A stretch of 64,000 nt of DNA from Isosphaera sp. Its GTDB lineage: Bacteria; Planctomycetota; Planctomycetia; Gemmatales; Gemmataceae. Of the stretch, positions 10,217-20,286 are shown one piece after another (the stretch's first letter is position 1; every line of letters begins with the position of its first letter). The notes beneath the pieces are model-generated. The model saw only the letters and a program-made list of their open reading frames with translations, was not told where the DNA came from and ran no database searches. A program made the position numbers and the translations under genes. The stretch is from assembly GCA_013822345.1 (NCBI GenBank), contig PNKH01000032.1:643-64642 (forward strand), in the 5' to 3' direction.

Positions 10217-10538
10217 GCGAGAACTCCCAAAGAACGGCTCCGAGGCCGGTGAGCGCCCGCCAGCACTTCCGGTCGTGACTCTGGATCGGCCTGGAGGGTT
10301 GCGGGGCTTGAGCACGTCTGGCGCGAATGCGCTGAAAAGATTGAAGGGGACGAGCGATCCCGTCGTGCGACGTGAGCCCGTCTGCATGGTTTGGGGGATC
10401 TGTGCGCGAAGAGTCCGGACGTCACGCTCCGCCGCGTTCCGCCGGGAACCCTGATTTCGGGTGGACTTGATCCTTAACCGCGCCGATACTATGACTACGC
10501 GTGTCACTCGGACACGCGGTTCTGGGGTTTGACCCACG

Positions 10539-11033
10539 ATGTTGCGCCGGGCGTTGATTTACCAACTGATTCTCGCCGTGGCGGTGGGGCCTCTGCTCTG
10601 CTGCTGCTCGGCCGGGAAGTTGTTGGCGAACTCGCCCCCGCTGTCTGGAACTCCGGCGTCCTCGCACTCCCACGGTCCCACCGAGCGGGTTTCTCACTCG
10701 TGCTGCTCGCACAAGCACCAACCCGCGAACCCCGGCCAGAACCCCGCACCCTCGAAGAAGTCGGACCCTTCGAAGCCCGGTCACCCGGCGGACAAGTGCC
10801 CGTGCAAGGATGGGGGTGGCGAGCCGCAGGCGACCCAGGCCGATTCCGCCCTGACCGGCGTCTCGACCTTTCTCCGGACGCTCACGCTGGACCCGGTCGC
10901 GCCGTTCATTTCCCCGACCATCGGTGAAACGGTCGCGTCGTGCGTCGGTGGGCGTGACGGCCGACGATGTCCTCCCCACCACTCTCTGACGACCGCCGAA
11001 CTCCTCTACGCGCACCACAACCTCCGCTGCTAA
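10539..11033 (+). CDS. Cys/His-rich leader-like ORF (DUF2946/CzcI-like)
   Basis: N-terminal hydrophobic stretch with CCC, then SCCSHKH, KCPCKD and C-terminal RCPPHH...HHNLRC; first ORF of the metal-efflux operon. Confidence 0.6.
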   Translation: MLRRALIYQLILAVAVGPLLCCCSAGKLLANSPPLSGTPASSHSHGPTERVSHSCCSHKHQPANPGQNPAPSKKSDPSKPGHPADKCPCKDGGGEPQATQADSALTGVSTFLRTLTLDPVAPFISPTIGETVASCVGGRDGRRCPPHHSLTTAELLYAHHNLRC

Positions 11034-11240
11034 CCCGTTCCCCGCGGTCGCGTCCCACTGCCCACGGGGCGTGACGTGTTCCGTCGTGACATTGTCGGCC
11101 GTTCCGGCCTGACCCCCGTCGCGCACGTTCCCCACGATCCACCTCCGACGCGGCCCGCCGCTGGACGGGGTGGGACAGATTCCGGTTTCAACCCAGCGGG
11201 TCCGGGTGCGTTCGTCCGGCCCGCACAACAGGAGACTCAC

Positions 11241-11834
11241 ATGGTCCGCAATCTCCTCGTTCTCGGCAGCCTCGGGGTCGCCCTCGTGGCGTTTACCCTC
11301 GTCGGGTGCAACAAGACGCAGCCCACGTCCGCCCCACCTCCCGGCGGCGAGCCGAAGCCCGGCGACCCGAAGAAGGACGGCCACGGCGACCACAAGCCGG
11401 GTGACGGCAAGAAGGACGACCACGGGGATCACAAGGCCGGTGACGGCAAGAAGGACGACCACGGCCACGCCCACAAGCCCGGCGCGCACGGCGGGACCAT
11501 CGTCTCGCTGGGCAAGGACAGCTACCACGCCGAGGCCGTGTTCGAGAAGGACGGGGCGATCCGACTGTACATGCTCGGCAAGGACGAGTCCAAGCCCCAG
11601 GAGATCGAGGTCCAGGAACTCGTCGCCCACGTGACCCCGGCCGGTTCGACGGACGCGGTGCAAGTGAAACTCACCGCCGATCCGCCGAAGGGGACCACCG
11701 CTGGGAAGACGACGGTGTTCGTGGGCAAGCTGCCGCACGAACTCCACGGGAAGAAGGTTCAGGTGACCATCAACAACATCCAGATCGGCACGGAGCGCTT
11801 CCGGATCACGTTCGCCAACGAGAAGGCGCACTAG
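11241..11834 (+). CDS. GxHGG-type His-rich lipoprotein
   Basis: AGGAGA RBS; LVG-C lipobox; His/Asp/Lys repeats; GAHGG...YHAEAVFE. Confidence 0.8.
   Translation: MVRNLLVLGSLGVALVAFTLVGCNKTQPTSAPPPGGEPKPGDPKKDGHGDHKPGDGKKDDHGDHKAGDGKKDDHGHAHKPGAHGGTIVSLGKDSYHAEAVFEKDGAIRLYMLGKDESKPQEIEVQELVAHVTPAGSTDAVQVKLTADPPKGTTAGKTTVFVGKLPHELHGKKVQVTINNIQIGTERFRITFANEKAH
11355..11483 (+). repeat. About 3 copies of a 39-bp in-frame repeat encoding KKD(G/D)HGDHK(P/A)GDG
   Basis: Units start at 11370, 11409 and 11448 (aagaaggacg...). Confidence 0.85.
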
Positions 11835-11950
11835 AGACCGCGATGCCGGCCGGGGTCGGCGGCGGTGAGAGGACCATTCCGTTTCAAGTGTCTACCATGC
11901 CGGCGGTCCCGGGTGCGATTGCCCGCGACGCGCCAGCACAGGAGGATTCC

Positions 11951-12793
11951 ATGCTGCGTAAGGCTGTTCTGTTCGGCGGCCTCGCTATCGCCGCCGCGAC
12001 CGTCGTGATCGTCGGGTGCGACAACAACCAGCCGCCGAGTGAGAAGGCTGCCGAGCCCAAAGCGCCGCCCGTGAAGCCGGACGAGGAGCACGGGCACAAG
12101 CCCGGTTCGCACGGCGGGATCATCGTCTCGCTCGGCAAGGACAGCTACCACGCCGAGGCGGTGTTTGAGAAAGGCCGGAAGGTCCGCCTCTACATGCTCG
12201 GCAAGGAGGAGACCCGGATCCAGGAGGTAGACGCCCAGGACTTGGCCGCGTTCGTCACGCCCGAGGGATCGACCGAGGCGGTCCCGGTCACGTTCAAGCC
12301 CGAGCCGCAGGCGGGCGACGCGAAGGGCAAGACCTCCCTGTTCGTGGCCACCCTGCCCGAGGAAATGTCCGGCAAAAAGGTGCAGGTGACCGTCAACAAC
12401 ATCCAGGTCGGGATCGAGCGGTTCCGGATCGCGTTCTCGAACGAGAAGGCGGCGCACGACGGCGACGGAATGCCCTCGAAGGTGGCCGACGAAGACGAGA
12501 AGAAGCTCTACCTGACGCCCGGCGGTATGTACACCGATGCCGACATCAAGGCCAATGGCGGCGTGGTCGCGTCGGTGAAGTTCAAGGGGCTGAAGGCCGA
12601 ACACGACCTGAAGCCCAAGACCGGCGTGAAGATCTGCCCGGTCACCCTCACTAAGGCCAGCCCGAAGTTTTCCTGGGTGATCGGCGGCAAGACCTACGAG
12701 TTCTGCTGCCCGCCGTGCGTGGACGAGTTCGTCGCGCTCGCCAAGGAGAATCCGGACAAGGTTCTCGACCCGTCGGCTTACATCAAGAAGTGA
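11951..12793 (+). CDS. GxHGG-type lipoprotein paralog with C-terminal YHS/TRASH-like domain
   Basis: IVG-C lipobox; GSHGGIIVSLGKDSYHAEAVFE nearly identical to the preceding gene; ICPVT...EFCCPPC. Confidence 0.8.
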   Translation: MLRKAVLFGGLAIAAATVVIVGCDNNQPPSEKAAEPKAPPVKPDEEHGHKPGSHGGIIVSLGKDSYHAEAVFEKGRKVRLYMLGKEETRIQEVDAQDLAAFVTPEGSTEAVPVTFKPEPQAGDAKGKTSLFVATLPEEMSGKKVQVTVNNIQVGIERFRIAFSNEKAAHDGDGMPSKVADEDEKKLYLTPGGMYTDADIKANGGVVASVKFKGLKAEHDLKPKTGVKICPVTLTKASPKFSWVIGGKTYEFCCPPCVDEFVALAKENPDKVLDPSAYIKK

Positions 12794-12893
12794 CGCGGCG
12801 GGTCGGCGGCAGGTGCGGGTTGGTCCCGCACCCCGTCGAACCCCTGACCGAAGCACGCCGGTCGAGTTCGGCCGGCATTTCCGGAGGCACATC

Positions 12894-13265
12894 ATGAGAA
12901 ACTCGAGCACGAGGTTCCCGCGTTTCGCGGTCATCGCGACCCTTGCCCTGATCTCCGTGGGGTGGGCGACGACCGACGTCCAGGCCGGTCCGTTGCGGTA
13001 TCGCGGTCCCCAGGACCGCTGGCACGGCTCCTACTACTCCGCTCCGGTCTACGGCGGCCACTACTCCGCCCCGGCCTACGGGGGCGTGTACTCCTATCCG
13101 GGCACCACGTACTCCGTCGCGCCGGTGGTGCCACAGTCGTACTACTACGCCCCGTCGTTCGCCCCCCGCGTTTACCCGGCCGGCGGGTACTACTACGGTT
13201 CCGGCTACGGCGGTTACTACGGTGGCGGCCACTACGTCCCGCACCACCACCATCCCCACCACTGA
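12894..13265 (+). CDS. Small secreted Tyr/Gly/Pro-rich protein with poly-His tail
   Basis: GGAGG RBS; signal peptide ending VQA; ends VPHHHHPHH. Confidence 0.65.
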   Translation: MRNSSTRFPRFAVIATLALISVGWATTDVQAGPLRYRGPQDRWHGSYYSAPVYGGHYSAPAYGGVYSYPGTTYSVAPVVPQSYYYAPSFAPRVYPAGGYYYGSGYGGYYGGGHYVPHHHHPHH

Positions 13266-13283
13266 ACCCAGACTGGGAGAACC

Positions 13284-13652
13284 ATGAACTTCAAGACGAT
13301 TGGGGTCGTGTTGCTGGCGGCCGCGATTGCGGCCGGGGGCGGTTACGCCGCCTGGAAATACTACGGCCACGGCTGCTGCCGGGCCGTCGCGGGTGCGGAC
13401 GAGCCGAAATCCGCTGGCACCACGCCGGAGCCGGACGACGCGGCGCTAATTGCGTCCCAGGGCTACTGCCCGGTTATGCCGGACACCAAGCTCGGCGAGA
13501 TGGGAGAGCCCATCAAACTGATGGTCAAGGGCAAGGACGGGAAGGAAGAGCCGGTGTTCATCTGCTGCAAGGGGTGCAAGCGGAAGGTTCTGGCCGACCC
13601 GGATATGGCGCTCGCCAAGGTGACCGAGCTGAGGGCCGCTGCCGGGAAGTGA
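13284..13652 (+). CDS. Membrane-anchored YHS/TRASH-like protein
   Basis: N-terminal TM; YCPVM...LGEMGEP...FICCKGC. Confidence 0.75.
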   Translation: MNFKTIGVVLLAAAIAAGGGYAAWKYYGHGCCRAVAGADEPKSAGTTPEPDDAALIASQGYCPVMPDTKLGEMGEPIKLMVKGKDGKEEPVFICCKGCKRKVLADPDMALAKVTELRAAAGK

Positions 13653-13728
13653 CGGATCGGCGCGGGCGCAGCGGACGCGCCTGCGATTCTCACGGCTCGA
13701 TGTTCGGGCCGATCAAGGAGGACTGAAG

Positions 13729-14127
13729 GTGATTAAGCAGTTGCTCGTGACCGTGCTGAGTGGGGTGACGGTGGCCCTGGTGGTGCCGCTCGTCACCGGG
13801 TGTTCGAGCCCCGGCGGGTGCCGGAGCTGCCGGAAGGAGTCGCCGGGGCCGCCCCCGGCCCCGACCCTACCGGCCGCCAACCCGAGTGTCGGGGCCGGCG
13901 GTCCGGCCCAGCCTTACGGGCCGGCGAGTGCCCCGACCACCGCCCTACCGTTCGGGGGGCAGAAGACGTGCCCGGTGACCGGCGAGGAACTCGGTTCGAT
14001 GGGCAAGCCCATTGCCGTGACCGTGAAGGGCCAGACCGTTTACGTGTGCTGCCGCGGGTGCGCCGCCAAGGCCCAGGCGGACCCCGACAAGACGCTCGCG
14101 GCCGTCGCGGCCGACCGGGCGCGGTAG
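13729..14127 (+). CDS. Lipoprotein with YHS/TRASH-like domain
   Basis: VTG-C lipobox; GCRSC; TCPVTGEELGSMGKP...YVCCRGC. Confidence 0.75.
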   Translation: MIKQLLVTVLSGVTVALVVPLVTGCSSPGGCRSCRKESPGPPPAPTLPAANPSVGAGGPAQPYGPASAPTTALPFGGQKTCPVTGEELGSMGKPIAVTVKGQTVYVCCRGCAAKAQADPDKTLAAVAADRAR

Positions 14128-14277
14128 CACCCCGACATCGGCCGCAAGGCCGGGGGCCTCGCGCCGTCCCGAGTTTCGGGCGTTCGTGCCCGCCAGCCGA
14201 CGTCCTGACCCGGGCGGCCGAGGTCCGATCCAGGTGACGGGGCGAACAGACCCTGCCCCGAACGAGGGAGACCGACC

Positions 14278-16638
14278 ATGACACCCGTTCGACGCCCTCG
14301 GGTCTTCACCCGCAGCCGTCGGCTGTCGCTCGTCGCGCTGGTCACCGTCGGGGTCGCGGCCCTGCTCGCGCACGAGGGGCACGCCCCCCTCCCGACCAAG
14401 GGGGCGCAGGTAGACGCCGTTGCGGGCACCCTCCTCCTCACGGCGGACGCCCGCTCCGGTATCGACGTGGAGACGGCGGCCGTCGAGGTGCGGCCGGTCG
14501 AGGAGCGGGTGCTCGCCTACGCCTCGGTCGCGGCCCCGTGGCGCAACCACGCCTTCGCCACCGCGAAGGTGGCGGGGAGGATCGTCCGCGTGTCCGTTAC
14601 GCCGGGCCAGGTCGTCAAGGCGGGGGACACGATCGCCGAGGTCGAGAGCATGGAACTCGACACCCTCCAACTCGACGTCCTCGCCGCCCGCAACGACATC
14701 GCCCTGTCCGAGAAACTGGTTGCCGCGCTGACGAAGTCCGCCGACCAGGGGACCGTGTCGGGGCAAGCGGTGATCGACGCCGAGGGCACCCTGGCCCGGC
14801 ACCGCAACGCCCTGGATCTGGCCCGGAGCAAGTGGCTTGGCCTCGGCTTGCCCGCAGCCCAGTTCGACGAACTGCTCCGCCGCGGCGAGCCGCTCCCCGG
14901 CCTCGCCCTGCCCGTTACCGCCCCCGTGTCCGGCACCGTCGTCCACGCCGAACTGACGACCGGGAAGGTGGTCGAACCGACCGAACACCTGGCCGAGGTG
15001 ATCGACCTCTCGACCGTCTGGGTCCGGGTCGAGGTTCTGGAGAAGGACCTGCGCCGGGTGGTCGTCGGCCAGCCGGTCGAGCTGCACTTGGTCGCGTACC
15101 CGGGCGAGGTATTCCGCACGACGGTGAAGGCGAAGAGCCAGTTCCTCGACCCGGCGACGAACGTGACCACCGCGTGGGCCGAACTGAGTAACCCGAGCGG
15201 CCCCGAACCACGGTTCCGCCCGGGCATGTCCGGGCAGGCGTATCTCGTCGCGGTCGAGGAGGTGCCCGTACCGCCCGCGCTCGCGGCGGTCACCGGCGGG
15301 ATGGGCGTGGCAGTCCCGCCGGTGACCCCCGGCAGACTCCGCCCGACGATCCCGGCCGACGCCGTCCTTCGTGAGGGGGTCGAGCGGTTCGTCCTGGTCG
15401 AGGATGCGAAGACGGCCGGGTCGTCCGAGTACCGCCGGGTGCCGGTCGTGGTCGGGCGCGAGGGCGGCGGGCGTGTCGAGATCCTCGCGGGCGACGTCTT
15501 CCCCGGCGACCGGGTGGTCACCCGCGGCGGGCACGAACTCGGCCCGTTCTTCACGCCCGGGGTGCTGAAACTCAGTCCCGAGGCCGAGCGGAACGTCGGG
15601 CTCAGGGGCGCGAGGGACACGTCCGGACGGGACGCTGCCCTCAAGGTCGAACCCGCCCGGATCGTCGCGATCGACGAGATCCTCGCCCTGGACGGCGCGG
15701 TCGATGTCCCGCCCGCCCGCCGCGGGTTCGCCGCGTCCCAACTGCCCGGCACCGTGCAGGCGATCCGGGTGGACCGCGGGCAGGCCGTGGCCGCGGGCGA
15801 GGTACTGGCGGAGGTGTTCAGCCCGGACCTCTTGACCATGCAGCAGGAGTTACTCCGGGTCCACCTGGAGGCCGCGCTCGCCGCCGACACGCTCGGCCGC
15901 TGGCGGAAGACCGGGGGCGGGGTCGCGGCCCAGCGGGTGTGGGAACTGGAGAGCCAGTTGAACGGCCTGAAGACCCAGTCGGACACCCTCCGGCGGAAGC
16001 TCGTGACCGCGGGACTGACACCGGCCCGGGTCGAGCAGGTTCTCGCCGACAAGCGGCCCGTCGGCGTCGCGCCGGTCCGCGCCCCGTTCGCCGGGGTGGT
16101 GGTGGACTTCGACAAGGTGCTGGGCCAGGCCGTGGCCGCGCACGAGTCGCTGTTCGAGGTCCGCGACGCGGCGGCCCGCGCGCCGGTCCGGGGGTTCGTG
16201 GCCGAACGGGACGTCGGCCGGATCAGGCCCGACCAGGAGGTTCGCGTCCGGCTCGTGGCCGACCCGGCCTTCGTGGGCACCGGCCGGGTGGCGCGGAGCG
16301 GGCGGACCTTCGGGGCGGAGAACCGCACCCAGTCCGTCTGGGTGGAACTCGACGGCGACCCGGAACGATCGCTCTTACACGGCCAACTCGCCAGGCTGAC
16401 GGTCGTCCTCGGCCGCCGGCCGGCGGCGCTTGCGGTTCCACGGTCGGCGGTGGCCGCCGAGGGCACTGCGTCGTTCGTGTTCGTGCGGAAGCCGGACGGG
16501 GTGTTCGACCGCCGTTCCGTCGAGACGGGTCCGGCGGACGACCGCTTCGTGACGGTCACCCGCGGCCTGACCGAGGGCGAGCCGGTCGCGGTGGCCGGGG
16601 TGAACGAGTTGATGACCGGGTTCGCCTCGCTCAGGTAA
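14278..16638 (+). CDS. RND periplasmic adaptor (CzcB/CusB-like) with two tandem MFP modules
   Basis: Two sets of lipoyl/hairpin motifs (GRIVRV..VTPGQVVKAGD...VTAPVSG and GTVQAIRVDRGQAVAAGE...VRAPFAG); 786 aa. Confidence 0.85.
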   Translation: MTPVRRPRVFTRSRRLSLVALVTVGVAALLAHEGHAPLPTKGAQVDAVAGTLLLTADARSGIDVETAAVEVRPVEERVLAYASVAAPWRNHAFATAKVAGRIVRVSVTPGQVVKAGDTIAEVESMELDTLQLDVLAARNDIALSEKLVAALTKSADQGTVSGQAVIDAEGTLARHRNALDLARSKWLGLGLPAAQFDELLRRGEPLPGLALPVTAPVSGTVVHAELTTGKVVEPTEHLAEVIDLSTVWVRVEVLEKDLRRVVVGQPVELHLVAYPGEVFRTTVKAKSQFLDPATNVTTAWAELSNPSGPEPRFRPGMSGQAYLVAVEEVPVPPALAAVTGGMGVAVPPVTPGRLRPTIPADAVLREGVERFVLVEDAKTAGSSEYRRVPVVVGREGGGRVEILAGDVFPGDRVVTRGGHELGPFFTPGVLKLSPEAERNVGLRGARDTSGRDAALKVEPARIVAIDEILALDGAVDVPPARRGFAASQLPGTVQAIRVDRGQAVAAGEVLAEVFSPDLLTMQQELLRVHLEAALAADTLGRWRKTGGGVAAQRVWELESQLNGLKTQSDTLRRKLVTAGLTPARVEQVLADKRPVGVAPVRAPFAGVVVDFDKVLGQAVAAHESLFEVRDAAARAPVRGFVAERDVGRIRPDQEVRVRLVADPAFVGTGRVARSGRTFGAENRTQSVWVELDGDPERSLLHGQLARLTVVLGRRPAALAVPRSAVAAEGTASFVFVRKPDGVFDRRSVETGPADDRFVTVTRGLTEGEPVAVAGVNELMTGFASLR

Positions 16639-16651
16639 TGGGGGTCCGACC

Positions 16652-19600
16652 GTGCTGAACCGCGTGATCGCGTTCTCGCTCCAGAACCGGGTGTTGGTGC
16701 TGATCGCCGCCCTCGTGGTCGCCGCCGCCGGCCTCTACCAACTCGTCCGCACGCCGGTAGACGTATTCCCGGACTTGAACCGCCCGACCGTCACCATCCT
16801 CACCGAGGCACCGGGCCTTGCACCCGAAGAGGTCGAGGCGCTCGTCAGCCGGCCGATCGAGTACCAGGTGAACGGGGCGACCGGGGTGAAGCGGGTCCGG
16901 TCCGCGTCGGGCATCGGGCTGTCGGTGGTGTGGGTCGAGTTCGACTGGGGCACGGACATCTACCGGGACCGGCAGATCGTCGCCGAGCGGCTCCAACTCG
17001 TGCGGGAGCGGCTGCCCCAGGACGTGAACCCGGTGATGGCCCCGATCTCGTCCATCATGGGCGAGGTCATGATCCTGGGCCTGCGCCCGGCCGAGTCGCC
17101 GAAGACCCCGGAGGAGGCCCTCCAGAAGGGAATGGACCTGCGGACGTTCGGCGAGTTCACCGTCCGGAACCGGCTCCTGGCGATCGACGGCGTGTCGCAG
17201 GTCACGGTGATGGGCGGCTACCTGAAGCAGTACCAGGTGGTGACCTCACCCGAGCGGCTGGCGGCCCAGAAGGTCACCCTCCAGCAGCTCACCGACGCCG
17301 CCGAGAAGTCCTACGTACTGGCCGGCGGCGGGGTGATGGAGCGGGGCACGCGCGAATCGCTCATCCGGATCAGCGCGCAGAGCCTGACGCCGCAACAAAT
17401 CGAGGAAACCCCGGTCGTCTGGCGGGGCGACCGGGCGGTCCGGATCAAGGATGTGGCCGACGTCCGGTTCGCCGGCCCGGTCCGCCGCGGGGACGGAAGC
17501 ACCCTGGTCCGGGAGGGCGACCGCGTCGCCGGCGGCCCGTCGGTCATCCTGGCAGTCCAGAAGCAGCCGGGGGCGAACACCCTGGACCTCACCCCCAAGC
17601 TGGACGCCGCCCTGGCCCAACTCCAGGCCGACGCCCCACCCGGCGTGGTCGTGGAGCGCCGCGTGTTCCGACAGGCCGACTTCATCGAGACGGCCATCGA
17701 CAACGTGATCGAAGCGATCCGCGACGGGACGGTCTGGGTGTTCGTCGTCCTGCTGCTGTTCCTGGCCAGCATACGGACGAGTGTCATTACCCTGACCGCC
17801 ATTCCGCTCTCGATCCTGACCACCGTGCTGGTGTTCAGCTACTTCGGGATCACCATCAACACGATGACCCTCGGCGGCATCGCGGTCGCGGTCGGCGAAC
17901 TGGTGGACGACGCCATCGTGGACGTGGAGAACATTTTCCGCCGGCTGCGCGAGAACCGGCTGAAGGCCAACCCCGACCCGGCGCTCAAGGTGATCTTCAA
18001 GGCGTCGAGCGAGGTGCGCAACTCGATCGTCTACGCCACCCTGATCGTCTGCCTCGTCGTGTTGCCGCTCTTCGCCCTGTCCGGACTCGAAGGCCGGATG
18101 TTCGCCCCGCTCGGCCTCGCGTACCTGGTCGCGCTCCTCGCGTCGCTGGCCGTGTCCCTGACCGTCACGCCGGTCCTGGCGTCGCTCCTGCTGGGGCGGG
18201 CGGGGGCCACGGCCCACCCCCGAGACCCGCTCCTGCTCCGCGGCCTCAAGTGGGTGGACACCCGAGTCCTCCGGTACACCCTCCGGCACCCGCGGCCGAT
18301 CCTGGTCGCATCGCTCCTGCTGTCGGCGGTCACCATGCTCGCGGTGTTCGGGATGGGGTCCGAGTTCCTCCCCCCGTTCAACGAGGGGACGGTCACGGTC
18401 AACCTCCAACTCCCGCCGGGCACGAGCCTTGCCGAGAGCGGAAGGGTCGCGGCGCGGGCCGAGCAATCCCTGTTGCAGATCCCCGAGGTGGTGTCGGTGT
18501 CCCGGCGGACCGGGCGGGCCGAGCAGGACGAGCACGCCGAGGGGGTGAACACGTCCGAAATCGAGGTGCGGTTGACCCCGCACGAGCGGCCGAAGCCGGG
18601 GGTGGGGTACGCCCTCCTGCGGGCTGTCCCCGGCCTCCACGGGTACGGGGTCGAGAAGTCCGGCCGGCCGCACGACCAGGTGCTGGCCGACATCCGCGAC
18701 CGGGTGAGCAGCATCCCGAACGTGAAGGCGAACGTGGGGCAACCGATCAGCCACCGGCTCGACCACGTCATGTCCGGGGTGCGCGCCCAGGTCGCGGTCA
18801 AGGTGTTCGGTTCGGACCTCCAGGAACTGCGGAACGCGGCCCAGGAGATCCAGGACGCGATGGCGAAGGTCCCCGGCGTGGTGGACTTGCAGGTCGAGCC
18901 GCAGGTGGAAATCTCGCAGGTCCGGCTCCGGGTGAAGGTGGATGAGGCGGCTCGGTACGGCCTCGCCCCCGGCGACGTGTCGAGGCTGCTCGAAACCGCC
19001 TACAAGGGCCGGGTCGTGGCGACCGTGCTGGACGCGGAGAAGTACTTCAGCCTGGTGGTGTGGTACGACGAGGCGTCGCGGAACTCGCCCGCGGTGATCG
19101 GCCAGACCATCCTCGACACCCCGTCCGGCAAACGGGTGTCGCTCGACCAGGTGGCCGAGGTGCTGGACACGACCGGGCCGAACACCCTGAATCACGAGAA
19201 CGTGGCCCGGCGGGTAGTGGTGTCGTGCAACGTCCAGGGCCGGAGCCTCGGGGACGTGGTCGCCGACATCAAGCGGGCCGTCCGCCCGGTCGAAGAGAAG
19301 CTCCGGGCCAAGGGCGGGGAGTACCGGATCGAGGACGACGGCCAGTACCGCGCGCAGCAGGAGGCGAACAGCCGGCTCCTGGTGTTCGGTACGGCCGCCG
19401 TGGTCGGGGTGTTCCTGCTGCTGTGCCAGTGCCTGGGGTCGTGGCGGGCGGCGCTGATGGTCCTCGGCGTGAACATCCCGCTCGCCGGCCTGGGAGCAGT
19501 GGCGGCAATGCTGATCATTAACCGACCCGACCCTGCGGCCTTGCACGCCGCCCCGTGGTGGAAGTGGCCGGCGGTGTGGGCGCAGGCGACGACGCTCTCG

Positions 19601-20176
19601 GTCGCCCACTGGGTCGGGTTCATCACGCTCATCGGGATCGTCAGCCGCAACGGGATCATGATGATCGCCCACTACATCCACCTGATGCGGGAAGAGGGTG
19701 AGCCGTTCGGGAAGGACATGATCGTCCGCGGGAGCCTGGAGCGGCTGGCCCCGGTGCTGATGACTGCCAGCGTCGCGGTGATCGGACTGGTGCCGCTGGC
19801 ACTCGGGGCCGGGCAGACGGGCAAGGAGATCCTCCACCCGCTGGCCGTGGTGGTGATCGGCGGGCTGGTCACCTCGACCCTGATGGACCAGGTCGTGACC
19901 CCGGCCGTGTTCCTCCTCTTCGGCCGGAAGGTGTACACCCCGGAGGCACCGGCCTCCGACGGCAGGCGTGCCGTCGGTTGGGACGATGCGTGGCTGGCCG
20001 AACGCCCGGAACCGTTACCGCGGTCCGGGATCGTCCCGCCGCCACCGCCGATCGCCCACGAACCGCCCGCGCCGGGAGCCAAGGGACACCCGGAGGCGAA
20101 CGGGCCGGGTGGTCCGCCGGCCTCCGAACCGGCGGCGATACCGGCATCACAGTCCGCGCCGGCCCCCGAGGGATAG
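16652..20176 (+). CDS. CusA/CzcA-family heavy-metal efflux RND permease
   Basis: PVDVFPDLNRP, SASGIGLSVVWVEFDW, GELVDDAIVDVEN, ERLAPVLMTA, PLAVVVIGGLVTST. Confidence 0.92.
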   Translation: MLNRVIAFSLQNRVLVLIAALVVAAAGLYQLVRTPVDVFPDLNRPTVTILTEAPGLAPEEVEALVSRPIEYQVNGATGVKRVRSASGIGLSVVWVEFDWGTDIYRDRQIVAERLQLVRERLPQDVNPVMAPISSIMGEVMILGLRPAESPKTPEEALQKGMDLRTFGEFTVRNRLLAIDGVSQVTVMGGYLKQYQVVTSPERLAAQKVTLQQLTDAAEKSYVLAGGGVMERGTRESLIRISAQSLTPQQIEETPVVWRGDRAVRIKDVADVRFAGPVRRGDGSTLVREGDRVAGGPSVILAVQKQPGANTLDLTPKLDAALAQLQADAPPGVVVERRVFRQADFIETAIDNVIEAIRDGTVWVFVVLLLFLASIRTSVITLTAIPLSILTTVLVFSYFGITINTMTLGGIAVAVGELVDDAIVDVENIFRRLRENRLKANPDPALKVIFKASSEVRNSIVYATLIVCLVVLPLFALSGLEGRMFAPLGLAYLVALLASLAVSLTVTPVLASLLLGRAGATAHPRDPLLLRGLKWVDTRVLRYTLRHPRPILVASLLLSAVTMLAVFGMGSEFLPPFNEGTVTVNLQLPPGTSLAESGRVAARAEQSLLQIPEVVSVSRRTGRAEQDEHAEGVNTSEIEVRLTPHERPKPGVGYALLRAVPGLHGYGVEKSGRPHDQVLADIRDRVSSIPNVKANVGQPISHRLDHVMSGVRAQVAVKVFGSDLQELRNAAQEIQDAMAKVPGVVDLQVEPQVEISQVRLRVKVDEAARYGLAPGDVSRLLETAYKGRVVATVLDAEKYFSLVVWYDEASRNSPAVIGQTILDTPSGKRVSLDQVAEVLDTTGPNTLNHENVARRVVVSCNVQGRSLGDVVADIKRAVRPVEEKLRAKGGEYRIEDDGQYRAQQEANSRLLVFGTAAVVGVFLLLCQCLGSWRAALMVLGVNIPLAGLGAVAAMLIINRPDPAALHAAPWWKWPAVWAQATTLSVAHWVGFITLIGIVSRNGIMMIAHYIHLMREEGEPFGKDMIVRGSLERLAPVLMTASVAVIGLVPLALGAGQTGKEILHPLAVVVIGGLVTSTLMDQVVTPAVFLLFGRKVYTPEAPASDGRRAVGWDDAWLAERPEPLPRSGIVPPPPPIAHEPPAPGAKGHPEANGPGGPPASEPAAIPASQSAPAPEG

Positions 20177-20286
20177 AGGCGCGGGCCGCCGTACACGCCG
20201 GGGCGGTGAGGATTGCGTGTTGCAACCCGTCCCTGGCCGTGTGGTAGGAGAGGCGGCTCGGTGCCGCCAAGGAGAGAGACCTTTCG

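Noticed and set aside
10462-10492. TGGACT-19 bp-TACTAT as a MerR-type promoter
   Set aside because: No dyad symmetry in the spacer and no MerR gene in the window; too weak to call
11355-11483. Tandem repeats considered as a CRISPR array
   Set aside because: In-frame 39-bp coding repeats with no unique spacers; no cas genes or CRISPR array seen anywhere in the window
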